From: Vicinamibacteria bacterium
Lineage (GTDB): Bacteria > Acidobacteriota > Vicinamibacteria > Fen-336
Direction of reading: 5' to 3'
Assembly (NCBI GenBank): GCA_036559805.1
Contig: DATBSL010000245.1
Location: 1 to 49,956 of the forward strand
Length of the DNA: 49,956 nucleotides
Shown: one piece after another, positions 48,441 to 49,956 of the stretch
How positions within the stretch are numbered: position 1 is the stretch's first letter
Layout of the letters: each line of letters begins with the position of its first letter
Position numbers and translations under genes: made by a program
The notes under the pieces: model-generated
The model's input: only the letters and a program-made list of their open reading frames with translations
What the model was told of the DNA's origin: nothing
The model's database searches: none

Positions 48441-48810
48441 CTTTCACAGCCCCCTTCAAGTGACGGATTCTGAAGGAATTGACGATGGACGTCAGTCAAA
48501 AGTTGTGTCCGCCGTGTCATCCGATGGGGACGGCTTACAAACCGGGTACAGAACGGACAAAACGGCAACTGGGACCGGAGCTAAAACGACCGACTGCCAA
48601 CGACCGATGAACAGGGACGAACGAAACCGATCACAAGAGCAACGGAAAACGGATCAGATCGACCAAACGAGATGGAGTGCGGGCGTCAACGGCTGGAGAG
48701 CGAACACCGGAGCCGACGAAAGACGACGGACCAACGTGACGACGAATCGGATTACGAAAGCGGCTCGACAGACGACGAAACAGAACGGACGGGTGACGAA
48801 ATAGTCAGAA
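48441..48810. other. ORF-free, compositionally anomalous intergenic region (A-rich and T-poor on the plus strand), partly derived from the repeat family
   Basis: By hand count, 48531-48810 contains about 102 A, 22 T and 156 G+C out of 280 nt. Segment 48454-48520 aligns with the type II repeats at 27882-27940 and 30703-30760. The only track ORF here (48460..48804) has non-host codon usage. Confidence 0.7.
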
Positions 48811-48853
48811 ATGCCTGGACGGAGGCACGGTGTGCGGGCCTCCGTCCAGGCAT
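48811..48853 (-). terminator. groEL terminator hairpin
   Basis: Perfect 16-bp stem ATGCCTGGACGGAGGC / GCCTCCGTCCAGGCAT with an 11-nt loop. On the minus strand it starts 5 nt after the groEL stop and is followed by TTCTGACTATTTCGTC. Confidence 0.65.
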
Positions 48854-48857
48854 GACC

Positions 48858-49956
<1,099 letters not shown>

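Noticed and set aside
48460-48804. 114-aa plus-strand ORF in the groEL-htrA spacer
   Set aside because: Codon usage is unlike every supported gene here, with many A-ending and rare codons and low GC3. The sequence is low-complexity and rich in Thr, Arg, Asp and Gln. No SD is present. Treated as non-coding.
48441-48857. Possible tmRNA or RNase P RNA. The local strings GATTCTGAAGGAATTGACG, GACGAA-rich tag-like runs and ACAGAAC..CCGG..GCTTAC recalled ssrA and rnpB motifs
   Set aside because: The defining elements are absent: no tRNA-like acceptor/T-arm (GGTTCGA..CCACCA), no GAGGAAAGTCC, and the rnpB-like words occur in the wrong order. The resemblance comes from low-complexity purine-rich sequence.

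Overview
Very GC-rich bacterial chromosomal segment (about 70% G+C by eye, with strong GC3 bias). It is of Gram-negative type: it carries an Oar-like TonB-dependent receptor, TolB-like propellers and DegP. Gene content is reminiscent of Acidobacteriota or Myxococcota-like lineages, but that is inference only. I support about 40 protein genes. I found no rRNA or tRNA genes, no CRISPR array, and no transposase, integrase or recognisable defence genes. Most other ORFs in the six-frame track are high-GC shadow ORFs. Gene order: REC-like/PAS/GGDEF/EAL protein; acyl-CoA dehydrogenase plus a small membrane protein (minus strand); a tightly coupled plus-strand operon (AmiC-like amidase, GerMN, TPR/CxxC protein, cyclophilin, CYTH, sugar-1-P nucleotidyltransferase, APH-like kinase, asnS); PQQ dehydrogenase with an embedded cytochrome c; GT-B-like protein; rimO; TonB receptor plus M20 peptidase (minus strand); rimP-nusA-infB-DUF503-rbfA-truB; an inserted pair (lipoprotein with a duplicated 4-Cys domain, polytopic membrane protein); rpsO-pnp; cupredoxin-like and Gly-zipper proteins; a minus-strand operon of a membrane-bound wHTH/TolB-propeller regulator and a Zn-ribbon/FHA/GAF histidine kinase, divergent from a two-lobed retropepsin-like protease, a GT-C-like membrane protein and a secreted protein; then groEL (partial), htrA, a dksA-like gene and lon on the minus strand. 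The most interesting unannotated signals are these. (1) A modular family of intergenic repeats built on G6/C6 hairpins, with compensatory substitutions between copies; there are at least six copies or fragments. (2) A roughly 370-bp ORF-free stretch between groEL and htrA that is A-rich, T-poor and GGA-rich. (3) A near-consensus sigma54 -24/-12 element upstream of htrA, the dksA-like gene and lon. (4) A promoter, a roughly 50-nt leader and a canonical T8 intrinsic terminator immediately upstream of rimP-nusA. (5) The receiver-less regulator/kinase operon and its neighbouring two-lobed aspartic protease. I see no clearly novel multi-gene system such as a defence island; the candidates above are hypotheses and need computation or experiment.
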